A DNA stretch of 64,000 nucleotides, from assembly GCA_003233095.1 (NCBI GenBank), contig QIKT01000183.1:8145-72144 (forward strand), read 5' to 3'. This stretch comes from Oceanospirillales bacterium. GTDB taxonomy: Bacteria; Pseudomonadota; Gammaproteobacteria; Xanthomonadales; SZUA-38. Shown here piece by piece: positions 46,701 to 55,468 of this stretch. A program made the translations under genes and the position numbers. The notes under the pieces are model-generated. The model had not been told where the DNA came from, searched no databases, and saw nothing but the letters and a program-made list of their open reading frames with translations. Position 1 is the first letter of the stretch; every line of letters starts with the position of its first letter.

Positions 46701-47822
46701 AGATGATTCCAGTCCCAACATCTTGAAGGTATCGGCAACGCTGTCGAGCGCCTGGATCTGGTCATCGAATGATTCATCACGAATCTCGACTTTTCTGACT
46801 CGGAGATCAAGGTTGTCCTTGACTCGCAACAGGTCGTCCCTGATTGCTTCGGAGACGGTCTCAAGCAGCTCCCTGTTGCGACCCTTCATTGCACCTTGGG
46901 CGTGCTCAAGCTCGGTGATATCCGGCAACAGTTCGCGCAGCTGATACCATTCCCTCAGCTGATCCACACTTGAAGTACCCAGATCGGCATGCGCAGCATA
47001 ATACAGCAGGCTACGAACCAACTGATGAGGCGGATCTTCTGCGATTTGAACTTCACCGATCAGTGCCAGCCGCTTGATCGAGCCATCGACTCGCCCATAG
47101 AGCTTTTTCAGCGAGTTATCGACCACGACGTTGTCATCGATGACGCCCTGAAGAATCGCTTCGGATACCCACCATAATCGACGCATTTCTACTTCTGATG
47201 ACAGCTCGCACAATTTGTCGCAGATCAGTCGAAGCGTGTTGATTTCCTTTCGACTCTCTGCTGACCCGCTGAACCAATTGAGCAGACAGGCCTCAAAACG
47301 CTTGCGCAGCTTGGCCGCCGCGGCTCTGAGAGTTCGATCGTCGAGCGGTTTCGACAGCCCCTTGACCGAATCGGGCAATGGGATTGAAATATCGGGGGTG
47401 AACAACGCTGCCTCGGTCAACAACTTGGCCTGTCTGGACGACCTCAGATCATTGAGAAGTGGCAGCAGAACCACCGGAATATCCCGGAAACCGCCTTGCA
47501 GTCGTTCCAGATAATCAGGCAACTGTACAATACCGCGCATCAGGGCATTGTAGGCTGAATCTCGATCGCCTATGTCCTCGTCAGCGAGGGCACTGGCCAC
47601 TTTCTCCATCTCCTCGACCACCATCGCAGCGCCATACAGTTCGACCATGCGCAGCGTGCCCTGAACCTGATGCAGGTAGGTGACACAGAACTGCATCTGG
47701 CTGGTGTCGGAGGTATCTTCGACGTACATCTCCAGAGCCTGTCGGGCCTGTTTTAGAATGTCGTCGAGCTCCTGCTTGACCCAGTTGAGAGTCGTGAAGT
47801 CGATGTCGTTATGTAGTCTCAT
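40731..47822 (-). CDS. chpA: Hybrid histidine kinase ChpA (multi-Hpt CheA homologue with C-terminal receiver)
   Basis: 2363 aa. Several Hpt-type modules, three with HTLKG/HTLNG. Also a CheA dimerisation and HATPase core, a CheW-like domain and a C-terminal REC domain (IMVVDDS...DIEMPRMDG). ATGA overlap with pilK. Confidence 0.9.
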   Translation of the reverse strand: MRLHNDIDFTTLNWVKQELDDILKQARQALEMYVEDTSDTSQMQFCVTYLHQVQGTLRMVELYGAAMVVEEMEKVASALADEDIGDRDSAYNALMRGIVQLPDYLERLQGGFRDIPVVLLPLLNDLRSSRQAKLLTEAALFTPDISIPLPDSVKGLSKPLDDRTLRAAAAKLRKRFEACLLNWFSGSAESRKEINTLRLICDKLCELSSEVEMRRLWWVSEAILQGVIDDNVVVDNSLKKLYGRVDGSIKRLALIGEVQIAEDPPHQLVRSLLYYAAHADLGTSSVDQLREWYQLRELLPDITELEHAQGAMKGRNRELLETVSEAIRDDLLRVKDNLDLRVRKVEIRDESFDDQIQALDSVADTFKMLGLESSSKSIQEQRELLAELGRGERPVTESALLDIAGSLIFVESSIDDDLSQIGIESNDAEGEGHGIDLPASEVQKILNALMKEASTNLQKMKQCVVDFIDAPANKALIRQTPHLLDEISGALKMLDLDEAVDLLEGVSAYTQVELLAQDSLPDAVQLDTLADAVASLEYYLEAVRERRPGRTRILEVARSSLDKLGYLDPLSRQSHLDTLEQNDDFQDEPVEEAATTQDLDSAQATSSQADTQELPAAGDQPAILPDTSSAQMERQSAADHEAMSAGLVDGRNYLSGDPVKQESAADIGGDVDDEIREIFIEEVEEELDNLRQLVPQWHQDPSDLETLTTIRRSFHTLKGSGRLVGAQTLGNFSWQLENMLNRVLDKSINASDALVSVLKDSVSVLPQLLANVKGEGLPDADIEGIKLVAESVASGTEAWLKPADTASEMEPEAEAIIEETVSEELAPDADAGDTSIDNLMGLDLEELEAALDDRDTTGSEDEISLAEGAITFDNDDFSMDETSETSADVSSVETTTEDSVEPEWELSLVDEDEEADELLSFEDLTEATVDDAQSSVTEGDSTITSEDREGSIDLELSLDDASQETAHSDSTKVDKTVDDSASELTLEPLQGAEGELTLELLDDSNELEIDLEMEAEVPESDVSNVTEPDDDEINLSLEPLEDDAESDRSDELADFDLTAFVDTDNLLEDETDATEESSELTLENELPELEIDMESDLLSTEAVDEFELGLEASIDEPDLETTDEAVEESDVFDLNELSLDDLGLESDDVTEEMMEGDGPVNELENQQDEATEDITEEPVSLKTDDQDDAVETAQPEPPRDQQTTVIDQVLLDILRGEVSNHLSVVNAYLDDADQSHPIPEASESLLRAVHTLNGAIAMVDLPSLSAVTGPLEGYVKRLRLGHHSPDETGLAAIRESARTVKLFVDQLSEAEPVYPNTSEISGSLCSLRDELPETTNLHQLFDERKHEETGEIVTEQADASSFDEVATGESDKIALVFDELDDQDFILEFDDDTSTDSLDSVAAETDLAEPMSGVELSAGSDADDADAFALDDEEFSEFADFVDAVEEDDTKAVEVEVEVEVEVEVEVEVEVEVEVEVEVEVEAEAEAEAEAEAEAEAEAEAENVEIFALDDEGFSEFDEFLDETETETETETEAATVVGRSSAVASALTDESTIAFTDLNDIDDELLDIFLQEGTEILDSSDHLMATWREDLEDQEPVKALQRDLHTLKGGARMAGFSPVGDLSHAVESLFEKITNEQATPTGEVIDVLEHAFDRLHQMLSSIQERAPIPTGREVASYIERLIRGETIEADASEAVAQQVSQKDKSKSKSKSKPKLKQIKPADSPKFIPISEKSTQLDEQDKAAPQPAVQSARELIRVRSDLLDNLVNYAGEVSIYRTRLEQQIGTFRFNLVEFDVTVNRLRDQLRKLEMETEAQILSRFQRETDESSADFDPLEMDRFSTLQQLSRALAESVSDLVSLQGMMDDLTRQSETLLLQQSRVNSDLQEGLMRTRMVPFDSLVPRLRRILRQTCQELGKKARLQVVGAHGEMDRTVLERITAPLEHMVRNAIAHGLETPEERLARDKNEEGIVLIEVSREATEVLIRISDDGAGIDHEAIRTKAIEAGLLTEDAQLGKRDLYGFIIESGFSTAESVSKIAGRGVGLDVVNNEIKQLGGSLEITSEKGLGSEFEVRLPFTLAVAQAIMVKIGENQFAIPLTSILGVSRIRRKDIELRNETGDMIYEYTGEEYQMTELSGLLGLESKLPTDVDMWPLLMARAGDQRAAIRIDEVLGNREIVVKSVGPQVSSIPGIFGATILGDGSVVMILDLSPLIRNAAAHRFENDSIEELAMVDVPDDVQPNIMVVDDSITMRRVTTRVLQRYDMDVITAKDGVDALEQLQDTIPDLMLLDIEMPRMDGYELATHMKNDPRLRNIPIIMITSRTGAKHRDRAMEIGVERYLGKPYQEPELLANVQELLKQNVAEQS
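42684..42707 (-). repeat. In-frame hexanucleotide repeat (CTTGGA)4 in chpA
   Basis: Perfect tandem array. Encodes KSKSKSKS on the coding strand. Confidence 0.9.
43226..43255 (-). repeat. In-frame hexanucleotide repeat (CGGTTT)5 in chpA
   Basis: Perfect tandem array. Encodes (ET)5. Confidence 0.9.
43321..43464 (-). repeat. In-frame hexanucleotide arrays (GCTTCT)10 and (ACTTCT)14 in chpA
   Basis: 144 bp of uninterrupted 6-bp units. The two arrays differ at one unit position. Together they encode (EV)14(EA)10. Confidence 0.95.
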
Positions 47823-48736
47823 GCGTCTGTTTCCCCGGCCAGGCGTTGAAAGGCCAAAGTTCGATGGTGTTTCACCAATGTCATCAATGGGTGAGTCCAG
47901 TGTGGAATCTCCCCCGGTGCCAAGACCAGATACCCGCCGGGTCGCAGAAATCGAACCATGTGGTGCAAGATTTCCTGCCGTTTGAGCATCGAGAAATAGA
48001 TCAGTATGTTATGGCAAAATATCAGTTCAAGCTGCTGGATCGGAAATGATCTGATATCCATCAGGTTAACCGCCGCGAATCCCGTTCGCCCAGTGATCTG
48101 TGCAGTAATCTCGAATTGCCCGTCATCTCGCTCCTGGCAGAAACGACTCCGATACTGTTCTGGGACTTCCAGAATTCGTTCCAGTCCGTAGACCCCGGCG
48201 CGTGCCGTTTTCAGAGAAGGCTGACTGACGTCTGTCCCCGTAACGCCAAAATGAAACGGCCTGACTTGCGACTGACTGATCTGTCCCAGCATCATGGCCA
48301 GACTGTAGGCTTCTTCACCGGTCGAGCAGCCCACGCTCCAGGCGTGAAAAGCATGCTCATGATGTCCCTGCCTCAATCCATTCAGATAGTCGGGAACAAT
48401 TCGATCCCTGACCAGCTCATACGACGGCAGATGCCGATAAAAATGAGTTTCGTGTACGGTCAGTCGATCGACCAGTACAGCCCACTCGACCGCTGCCAGA
48501 GGCCCCTCTTGCAGCGACTCGAGATATTCAAGAGGGTCGCTGAGACCAATTTCTCTCATTCGCTGACGAATCTTCGATTCCAGGAATTGTCGCCGTGGCT
48601 CCGTCACCAGGACGCCGGTTCGCTGTTCCAGCAGCGAAGCCCATTGCTGATAGCTTGAATCGTCCAGACCCTGTTGCGCATCGCTTTTCACATTTGCGAA
48701 TCCGTTGACCGAATGCGTGCGCTTCAGGGAGTCCAT
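47819..48736 (-). CDS. pilK: CheR-type protein-glutamate O-methyltransferase
   Basis: 305 aa. CheR N-terminal helical domain plus a SAM-binding fold (WSVGCSTGEEAYSLAM). Position between pilJ and chpA. Confidence 0.85.
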   Translation of the reverse strand: MDSLKRTHSVNGFANVKSDAQQGLDDSSYQQWASLLEQRTGVLVTEPRRQFLESKIRQRMREIGLSDPLEYLESLQEGPLAAVEWAVLVDRLTVHETHFYRHLPSYELVRDRIVPDYLNGLRQGHHEHAFHAWSVGCSTGEEAYSLAMMLGQISQSQVRPFHFGVTGTDVSQPSLKTARAGVYGLERILEVPEQYRSRFCQERDDGQFEITAQITGRTGFAAVNLMDIRSFPIQQLELIFCHNILIYFSMLKRQEILHHMVRFLRPGGYLVLAPGEIPHWTHPLMTLVKHHRTLAFQRLAGETDA

Positions 48737-48747
48737 TACCGGTTACA

Positions 48748-50787
48748 TCAAGCAGGCAGCTTGAAGTCAGCAACCGAACGCCTGAGTTCCGTCGCCAGAT
48801 CAGCAAGGTGACCAATGCTTTCGGCTGTCTGAGAGGTACCGGCAGAGGTCTGGGTGGTAATTTCCTGAATCACGTTCATGGTGCCTGAAATATTGGTCGC
48901 CGCAGCTGACTGCTGCCTTGACGCTTCTGAAATGTTCTGAATCAGGTCAGCCAAGTCGTTTGATACCTTCTCGATTTCGCCCAGCGCCTCACCCGCATCC
49001 TCTGCCAGCTGTGCTCCGCTGACTACTTCCGAGGTCGTCTGCTCCATGGAGGAGACCGCTTCGTTGGTATCGGCCTGAATCGTTTGTACCAGTGTTTCAA
49101 TTCGCTTGGTCGCGTTCGATGCACGTTCCGCCAGTCGCTGTACTTCATCGGCAACTACCGCGAAGCCTCGACCCGCCTCACCCGCCGACGAGGCCTGGAT
49201 CGCAGCGTTCAACGCCAGAATGTTTGTTTGTTCAGCAATGTCGTTAATCAGTTCAACGATGTCACCAATTTCCTGGGAGCTTTCACCCAGTCGTTTGATT
49301 CGTTTGGATGTTTCCTGAATCTGCTCGCGAATGTTGTCCATTCCCTCAATGGTCTGCCGGACCACGTTCGCGCCCTTGGCAGCAATGGATACTGATCGTT
49401 GCGCAACATCTGCCGACTCGGACGAGTTTTTCGAGACCTCGTCAATCGAGACTGCAATCTCGTTGATCGCCGCCGATGCCGACGTAATCTGCTGCGCCTG
49501 ATGCTCAGAGGCCTCGGCAAGGTGCATCGCCGTTGCCTGCGTTTCCTGCGCCGCTGCAGAGACCTGAACAGCGGTATCGTTAATCGTGGTCACCAGTGAA
49601 CGCAGCGCCTCGATCGCAAAATTGATCGAGTCAGCGATTGCACCGGTAATATCCTCGGTGACGGTCGCGGTCACGGTCAGATCCCCATCAGCGAGCGATC
49701 CCATCTCATCCAGCAATCTCAGAATAGCTTCCTGATTTCTCTGGTTGAGGTTCTGCGTTTCCCGATAACGGCGCGCTCTGTTTCTCATCGCCAAGAAGGC
49801 GACAATGGCAAACAGTGTGATGGTGGCACCAATCAGGCCCAGACCCAGCCTGACCGATGGAAACAGGCGATCAGTTGACACGAAGTTGTTGTAACTGGCC
49901 TGCAGTTCGGAGGCGTTATCAACCATTTCATCAGCGTTGTAGGTGATGTTGTCCGCTGCATCCTGCACGTCTGCCAGAGTTTGTGAATTATCCAGAATAA
50001 ACGTACTGTCGCCTCTGATGTCAGTGAAAATCGTGAACAGCCCACCGAGTAGTTCAGCCGCTTCTGGGTTGGTAATCTCCCGTATGTCTTCATCCGGATT
50101 ACCGTTGAGCAAGTTTTCCAGCATGTCACCCAAAATGACGATATCCCGACTGAAGGTGTCGGCCGCTGTTCTGGCATTCAGGCCGCCCTGAAGAATCTCG
50201 TTCAGATTTCTCAGTAGCCGCCCGGCAATCGCAATGTGGCTGGTAGCAACATAGACCTCTCTGGACCTGGCATTGATGTCCAGCAGAACCTGAGCCACCT
50301 CATCCAGACCACCGGTCAACTGAGAGACACTGGTATTCAGAGATCGCGCGGTTTCGTCCAGAGGCTGTATCTGCTCGGACTTCGTCAGAATTGTATCGAC
50401 GTCCGCATTGATTTCGTCAAACTTCTTTTGCAATCTGTCGAAGGCTTGCAGGATATTCTCATTGTTGTAGAGCGCGACCATATCCTGCTCGGGGTTGCCT
50501 TCACTGAGCGAGCTCATCTTGTTGCGGATGATCTGCCGGGTGTCTCGAAGCTTGTCGAAGTGCTCAACGCTCCCGGAAGCAGCCTGGGTAGCATAGGTCG
50601 CAATTCTCAGCGTGGCCTCCTTGATATCACTGACCGTGGTGATGTGCTTGGTCTGCTGATTGTTGTCTTCGGCCAGCTGGAAGAAGTTGAACACCGACCC
50701 AAGAAATGCGACCACGGCAACGATTGCCACCAGCAAGACAAACGTACTCGACTCCCTAGTTTGGATACTACCTGCTGTTGAACTCAT
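48748..50787 (-). CDS. pilJ: Methyl-accepting chemotaxis protein of the Pil-Chp system
   Basis: 679 aa. TM segment, large periplasmic domain, second TM segment, HAMP, then the highly conserved MCP signalling domain (EQTNILALNAAIQASSAGEAGRGFAVVADEVQRLAERA). Confidence 0.9.
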   Translation of the reverse strand: MSSTAGSIQTRESSTFVLLVAIVAVVAFLGSVFNFFQLAEDNNQQTKHITTVSDIKEATLRIATYATQAASGSVEHFDKLRDTRQIIRNKMSSLSEGNPEQDMVALYNNENILQAFDRLQKKFDEINADVDTILTKSEQIQPLDETARSLNTSVSQLTGGLDEVAQVLLDINARSREVYVATSHIAIAGRLLRNLNEILQGGLNARTAADTFSRDIVILGDMLENLLNGNPDEDIREITNPEAAELLGGLFTIFTDIRGDSTFILDNSQTLADVQDAADNITYNADEMVDNASELQASYNNFVSTDRLFPSVRLGLGLIGATITLFAIVAFLAMRNRARRYRETQNLNQRNQEAILRLLDEMGSLADGDLTVTATVTEDITGAIADSINFAIEALRSLVTTINDTAVQVSAAAQETQATAMHLAEASEHQAQQITSASAAINEIAVSIDEVSKNSSESADVAQRSVSIAAKGANVVRQTIEGMDNIREQIQETSKRIKRLGESSQEIGDIVELINDIAEQTNILALNAAIQASSAGEAGRGFAVVADEVQRLAERASNATKRIETLVQTIQADTNEAVSSMEQTTSEVVSGAQLAEDAGEALGEIEKVSNDLADLIQNISEASRQQSAAATNISGTMNVIQEITTQTSAGTSQTAESIGHLADLATELRRSVADFKLPA

Positions 50788-50805
50788 AACTGACTACCCT
50801 ATGTT

Positions 50806-51408
50806 CTAAGACTGTTCTGTTTCTGAAACGTCGACTGCCGCTGGCATCATGGACGAAGTCCTGATGGCCGCTTGCAGAAAGTTGGGATCGTTGATCAGAC
50901 GCTGAAAATCGATGACGCCCCAATATTCGTCATTTTTCTGATATTCCTTGATAATTAAGCGTTCCATCGCATGATCAACGTAATGATTTTCCTCGGATTC
51001 ATCATCAGGCTCGAAGCGGCGCTGACCGACGACTTCGTCAACCAGCAGACCCACCACCGATCCGGGTTGGCGCACCACAATGGCGCGGCTGGCGCGGTTG
51101 ACCAGGGACGGCTTGTCGGTCAGGAAGGCACGAAGATCGATAAATGCGATGAGGTTACCACGCACGTTGGCAATGCCCATCATCCAGTGCTTCGCCCCTG
51201 GCACCCGAGTCACGTCCTGCATGTGCAGGATTTCCACAATTTCATGAATCTGACAGATCAGATTGGCATCCATCAACCGAAAGGCAATGCCGGACCAGAC
51301 GCCGTCAGCCATCATCTGTTGAGGCCGCGCTACCGCATGGACCAGGCTCCGCCTCTCGTAATCCCGAAGCATTTGGAACGGCGTCTGTGTCTGCGGTTCA
51401 GCTGGCAT
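50806..51408 (-). CDS. pilI: CheW-like coupling protein
   Basis: 200-aa CheW domain. Overlaps pilH by 11 nt. Confidence 0.8.
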   Translation of the reverse strand: MPAEPQTQTPFQMLRDYERRSLVHAVARPQQMMADGVWSGIAFRLMDANLICQIHEIVEILHMQDVTRVPGAKHWMMGIANVRGNLIAFIDLRAFLTDKPSLVNRASRAIVVRQPGSVVGLLVDEVVGQRRFEPDDESEENHYVDHAMERLIIKEYQKNDEYWGVIDFQRLINDPNFLQAAIRTSSMMPAAVDVSETEQS

Positions 51409-51778
51409 GATGATCCTGGCTCAATTGGTCATTGATCTTTTTCAGCAGCACGCCATCCTTGACCGGCTTGGTCACAAAATCCCTGGCCCCCTGACGCAGA
51501 CTCCAGACCCGATCGGTTTCCATGTTTTTGGTGGTGATCACGATGACCGGAATGTGGTTGGTGCTGTCTGTCTTGGATAGTTTGCGCGTCGCCTGAAAAC
51601 CATTCATGCCTGGCATGATCACGTCCATCAGGATCAGGTCCGGCTGCCAGTCGATTGCCTTGTTGATGCCAGTCTCTGCATCTTCAGCTGATTCGACCTC
51701 AAAGCCACGACTGCTGAGCATCTGGGTGTAGATGTGAACGTCCGTGGGAGAGTCATCAATGATGAGGATTTTCGGCAT
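51398..51778 (-). CDS. pilH: CheY-like single-domain response regulator
   Basis: 126 aa. ILIIDDS...LILMDVIMPGMNG...VTKP receiver motifs. Confidence 0.9.
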   Translation of the reverse strand: MPKILIIDDSPTDVHIYTQMLSSRGFEVESAEDAETGINKAIDWQPDLILMDVIMPGMNGFQATRKLSKTDSTNHIPVIVITTKNMETDRVWSLRQGARDFVTKPVKDGVLLKKINDQLSQDHHAS

Positions 51779-51810
51779 GTCGATTGAACCGAGCGGACCG
51801 CAAGCGGTCG

Positions 51811-52242
51811 TCAGTGAGACCCTCCATCACTGGCCGCCGCTGAACGAGTCTCCACATGTTCATCAATGGCACCCAACAGCTCATCCCGGGTGAAGGGCTT
51901 GGTCAGATATTGCTCAGAGCCCACGATGCGACCCCTGGCCTTGTCGAACAGGCCATCCTTGCTCGACAACATGATGACTGGTGTCGATTTGAAGATGCTG
52001 TTGTTCTTGATCAATGCGCAAGTCTGATAGCCGTCAAGTCGCGGCATCATGATATCGACAAAGATGATGTCGGGCTTGTGATCAGCAATCTTGGCGAGGG
52101 CTTCAAAGCCATCGTTCGCCGTGATCACATCACAACCTTCTTTTTTCAGCAGTGTCTCAGCTGTGCGTCGAATGGTTTTGCTGTCGTCAATCACCAAAAC
52201 CTTGAGGCCATCAATAGATCCAGCGTCCACAGTCACTCCCAC
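51811..52242 (-). CDS. pilG: CheY-like response regulator PilG
   Basis: Very close to P. aeruginosa PilG as I remember it (KVLVIDDSKTIRRTAETLLKKEGCDVITA...IIFVDIMMPRLDGYQTCALIKNN). GTG start at 52242. An alternative GTG at 52230 is preceded by GGGAG. Confidence 0.9.
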   Translation of the reverse strand: MGVTVDAGSIDGLKVLVIDDSKTIRRTAETLLKKEGCDVITANDGFEALAKIADHKPDIIFVDIMMPRLDGYQTCALIKNNSIFKSTPVIMLSSKDGLFDKARGRIVGSEQYLTKPFTRDELLGAIDEHVETRSAAASDGGSH

Positions 52243-52578
52243 GAAGTCATTAAGAGGAATTCTCCATACTCACAGTCTGTTTACCTAATGATCATGTGTT
52301 CTGTCAAGTTTTTTACCTAAGTCATTACAAGTTCAGTAAAAAACCGGAGAGTACACAGTCTGCATTCTGACAAGCTCCCCTGACAAATTGGTACAGATTG
52401 CGAATTGAAGATTGTACTCTTTTGCTATATCAATGCCATCCGATTGGAAAATTGTTACAAACTGACACAATCAAAAGCCCGCACAAAGCCCGTCGGGCGA
52501 CCGGCATGCAGACACTTGATTGGCCTGCCGGTGTATAATCCTGCGCTGACCAGAAATGCCCGACTAGCGGAGATCACC

Positions 52579-53526
52579 ATGCCCCTGGATATTGGAATGC
52601 TGATGGACCCCATCAGCGCTATCAACATCAAGAAAGACTCGAGCTTCGCGATGCTGCTCGAATGTCAGCGGCGCGGGCATCGGCTGCATCTGATGTCCGG
52701 GAACGACTTATGGTCGACCGGAAAGACCGCCATGGGACGGCTGACACTAACCACCGTGCACGATGACCCTTCGGACTGGTTCAACAGCACTGGCCAGTCG
52801 ATCGGCGCGCTATCGGAGCTTGACGTCATCCTGATGCGCAAGGACCCTCCGTTCGACATGCAGTACATCAATGACACCTATCTGCTGGAATTAGCAGAGG
52901 CCACAGGAACGCTGATAGTCAATTGCCCTCAGGCTCTCCGGGACATGAATGAAAAGGCCTATATTGCACATTTCCCTCAGTGCATCCCCGAAACCATGAT
53001 GGCCCGCGACCCGAAGGTCCTGAGAGAATTCATTCAGTCGGTGGGACAGGCCGTGGTCAAACCGCTTGATGGGATGGGCGGCAAATCGATTTTCAGAGTC
53101 AATGCTTCAGATCCCAATCTGAACGTGATTCTTGAAACGGTCAGCCATGACGGCCAGGAGACGATCATGGCACAGGCCTACGTCGAAGAAATCACCGCTG
53201 GCGACAAGCGGATTCTGATCGTCAACGGTGAGGCCGTGCCTTACGCTCTGGCCCGGATACCATCGGACCAGGACTTCAGAGGAAACCTGGCCAAAGGCGG
53301 ACGCGGAGAAGGGGTTCAGTTGAGCGAGCGCGACCTCTGGATTGCCGACCAGGTCGGCCCCAGCCTGAAAGCCGCTGGTGTCCTGTTTGCAGGCATTGAT
53401 GTCATCGGCGAATACCTCACCGAGATCAATGTCACCAGCCCGACCTGTATTCGTGAACTGGATCAGATTTTTGATCTGAATATCGCTGGACAACTGATGG
53501 ATAGTATTGAATCATCGATCGGATGA
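52579..53526 (+). CDS. gshB: Glutathione synthetase
   Basis: From ATG 52579 (MPLDIGMLMDPISAINIKKDSSFAMLLE...). ATP-grasp GshB motifs. The track ORF has a 58-codon upstream extension that I do not accept. Confidence 0.9.
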   Translation: MPLDIGMLMDPISAINIKKDSSFAMLLECQRRGHRLHLMSGNDLWSTGKTAMGRLTLTTVHDDPSDWFNSTGQSIGALSELDVILMRKDPPFDMQYINDTYLLELAEATGTLIVNCPQALRDMNEKAYIAHFPQCIPETMMARDPKVLREFIQSVGQAVVKPLDGMGGKSIFRVNASDPNLNVILETVSHDGQETIMAQAYVEEITAGDKRILIVNGEAVPYALARIPSDQDFRGNLAKGGRGEGVQLSERDLWIADQVGPSLKAAGVLFAGIDVIGEYLTEINVTSPTCIRELDQIFDLNIAGQLMDSIESSIG

Positions 53527-54395
53527 CTGACAGCCCGTCCATATCCAGCTCTGACCGCCTCAGTGTCACGCTGGTGTTTGCCATTCTGTTTCTGGCCGTG
53601 TTGATCTTCGGTGTCAGTTTTACCTATCAGGATCCTACCGACCCCGATCAGTTGCAGTCGATGGAAATCATTCTGGTTCAGCAGCGCAGCGAAGAAGCGC
53701 CCGAGGATGCTGATTATCTGGCGTCAGTCTCTCAGCAGGGTGGCGGAACGGTGAGCGAAAAAGCCCGCCCCACCAGTCCAGTCAGTGGCCCAGTGCCCAA
53801 ACTGGAACAGGGCGAGTCTCCCGTCACTCGGCCGAACACCACACCCAAACCAACCGTTCAAACGCCAACCAAAGTCATGACTCAGGCGGTCTCCGTGCGC
53901 AAGGAAGAACGGATCAAACCAACGACTGAAACCCCGGAACTGCCTAGCCCGACCGCTGAGGAATTACTGCAGCGCAGTCGTGAGATGGCTCGCCTGGAAG
54001 CTGAAATCGACAAGGATCTGAAAGCCTACGCCTCACGACCTCGCAATGCTTATGTCGATGCCAGCACCAGGGAATATGTGTACGCCGGTTATCTGCACAA
54101 CTGGACCCAGAAAGTCGAGCGTCATTCCACACTGAATTTCCCTGCCGAAATATCTCGTCGCCGACTTGAAGGAGAAGTCACTGTCACCGCAGTCATCAAT
54201 CGCAGTGGACACGTTGAGAAGACCGAGATTCGCAATCCATCCAAGCACAAGATCCTGAATGAATCGGCCATCAAGCTCATCTACAGCGCGGCTCCATACG
54301 GACCCTTTCCCGAGTCATTCAGAGACAAGATCGATCAGTTGTTCATCACCCGAACCTGGCGCTTTCTCCCCAACAACGTCATTGAATACGACTGA
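53523..54395 (+). CDS. TonB-family protein (TonB C-terminal domain), tonB3-like by position
   Basis: N-terminal TM segment, a Pro/Thr-rich spacer, and a C-terminal TonB domain (YPAEISRRRLEGEVTVTAVINRSGHV...). ATGA overlap with gshB. Confidence 0.75.
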   Translation: MTDSPSISSSDRLSVTLVFAILFLAVLIFGVSFTYQDPTDPDQLQSMEIILVQQRSEEAPEDADYLASVSQQGGGTVSEKARPTSPVSGPVPKLEQGESPVTRPNTTPKPTVQTPTKVMTQAVSVRKEERIKPTTETPELPSPTAEELLQRSREMARLEAEIDKDLKAYASRPRNAYVDASTREYVYAGYLHNWTQKVERHSTLNFPAEISRRRLEGEVTVTAVINRSGHVEKTEIRNPSKHKILNESAIKLIYSAAPYGPFPESFRDKIDQLFITRTWRFLPNNVIEYD

Positions 54396-54450
54396 GCGGT
54401 CCTCATCAGCTAATGGTTACAGTCTGTGGCAGTTGTTGTAAACTGGCAGC

Positions 54451-55014
54451 ATGACAACGAGCCCCTATCTGAACAATCAACTGCTGATTGCGATGCCGGG
54501 ACTGAAAGACCCGGACTTCGAACGCAGCGTCACCTATATTTGCCATCACAACGAAGCTGGCGCGATGGGGATTACCATCAATCGTCAGTCAGATTTGCCG
54601 GTTGCCTCAATTCTTGATCAGCTTCATATCGAACAATATGAGCAGATATGGGCCAGCGAACAGGTGATGATCGGCGGACCCATTCAACAGGACCGCGGCT
54701 TTGTATTGCATAGCATGGGCAACGAGTGGAATTCATCCTATCCGGTCTCCGAACAGATCACGCTGACGACTTCACGGGATATTCTCGAAGCCATCGCTGC
54801 ACAACAACAGCGAGATCAGAGTCTCCTCGCGCTCGGCTATTCAGGCTGGGGACCGGGACAACTGGAAGAGGAGATCATGCAGAACAGCTGGCTCAATGCA
54901 CCGGTTGACCCTTCCATACTTTTCAGCTGCCCGATTGGACACCGATGGGACATGGCTGCATCGATGCTCGGCGTGGACATCAACACCCTGACCAGCCCGG
55001 TCGGGCATGCCTGA
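54451..55014 (+). CDS. yqgE: YqgE/AlgH family protein
   Basis: 187 aa. LLIAMPGLKDPDFERSVTYICHHNEAGAMGITINR is characteristic of this family. Confidence 0.9.
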   Translation: MTTSPYLNNQLLIAMPGLKDPDFERSVTYICHHNEAGAMGITINRQSDLPVASILDQLHIEQYEQIWASEQVMIGGPIQQDRGFVLHSMGNEWNSSYPVSEQITLTTSRDILEAIAAQQQRDQSLLALGYSGWGPGQLEEEIMQNSWLNAPVDPSILFSCPIGHRWDMAASMLGVDINTLTSPVGHA

Positions 55015-55468
55015 CTCAGCCACGACGCCCTCTTCAACCGCAAACGGGGTCTATCTGTGTTTTGATTTTGGGCTTCGCAAGACGGGTGTTGCCGTCGGCC
55101 AGGCCATCACTCGCACGGCATCACCTGTTGGCCTGATCGAATACCCGCACAGCCAGATCAACTATGATGCCATCTCGGCACTGGTTACAGAATGGTGCCC
55201 TGACGCCCTGATCGTCGGCCTGCCATTGACAGAGGACGGATTGCCTCAGCCAATGACCGAACAGGCAAGGACATTCGGCGCCGCACTGGAGCAGCGCTTC
55301 AGTCTTGCTGTACACTTCGCCGACGAGCGATTCACCTCACGAACAGCACGAGATCTACACCGTCAACGGCGCCAGGCCGGCACGGCCAGACGTCGCGATG
55401 CTGGCAAGGAAGATGCCGTGGCTGCACAAATCATTCTGGAGAACTGGCTGCACGATGAAGCTCCCTGA
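55007..55468 (+). CDS. ruvX: Holliday junction resolvase-like nuclease RuvX (YqgF)
   Basis: 153 aa. FDFGLRKTGVAVG ... DERFTS motifs. Overlaps yqgE by 8 nt. Confidence 0.85.
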   Translation: MPDSATTPSSTANGVYLCFDFGLRKTGVAVGQAITRTASPVGLIEYPHSQINYDAISALVTEWCPDALIVGLPLTEDGLPQPMTEQARTFGAALEQRFSLAVHFADERFTSRTARDLHRQRRQAGTARRRDAGKEDAVAAQIILENWLHDEAP

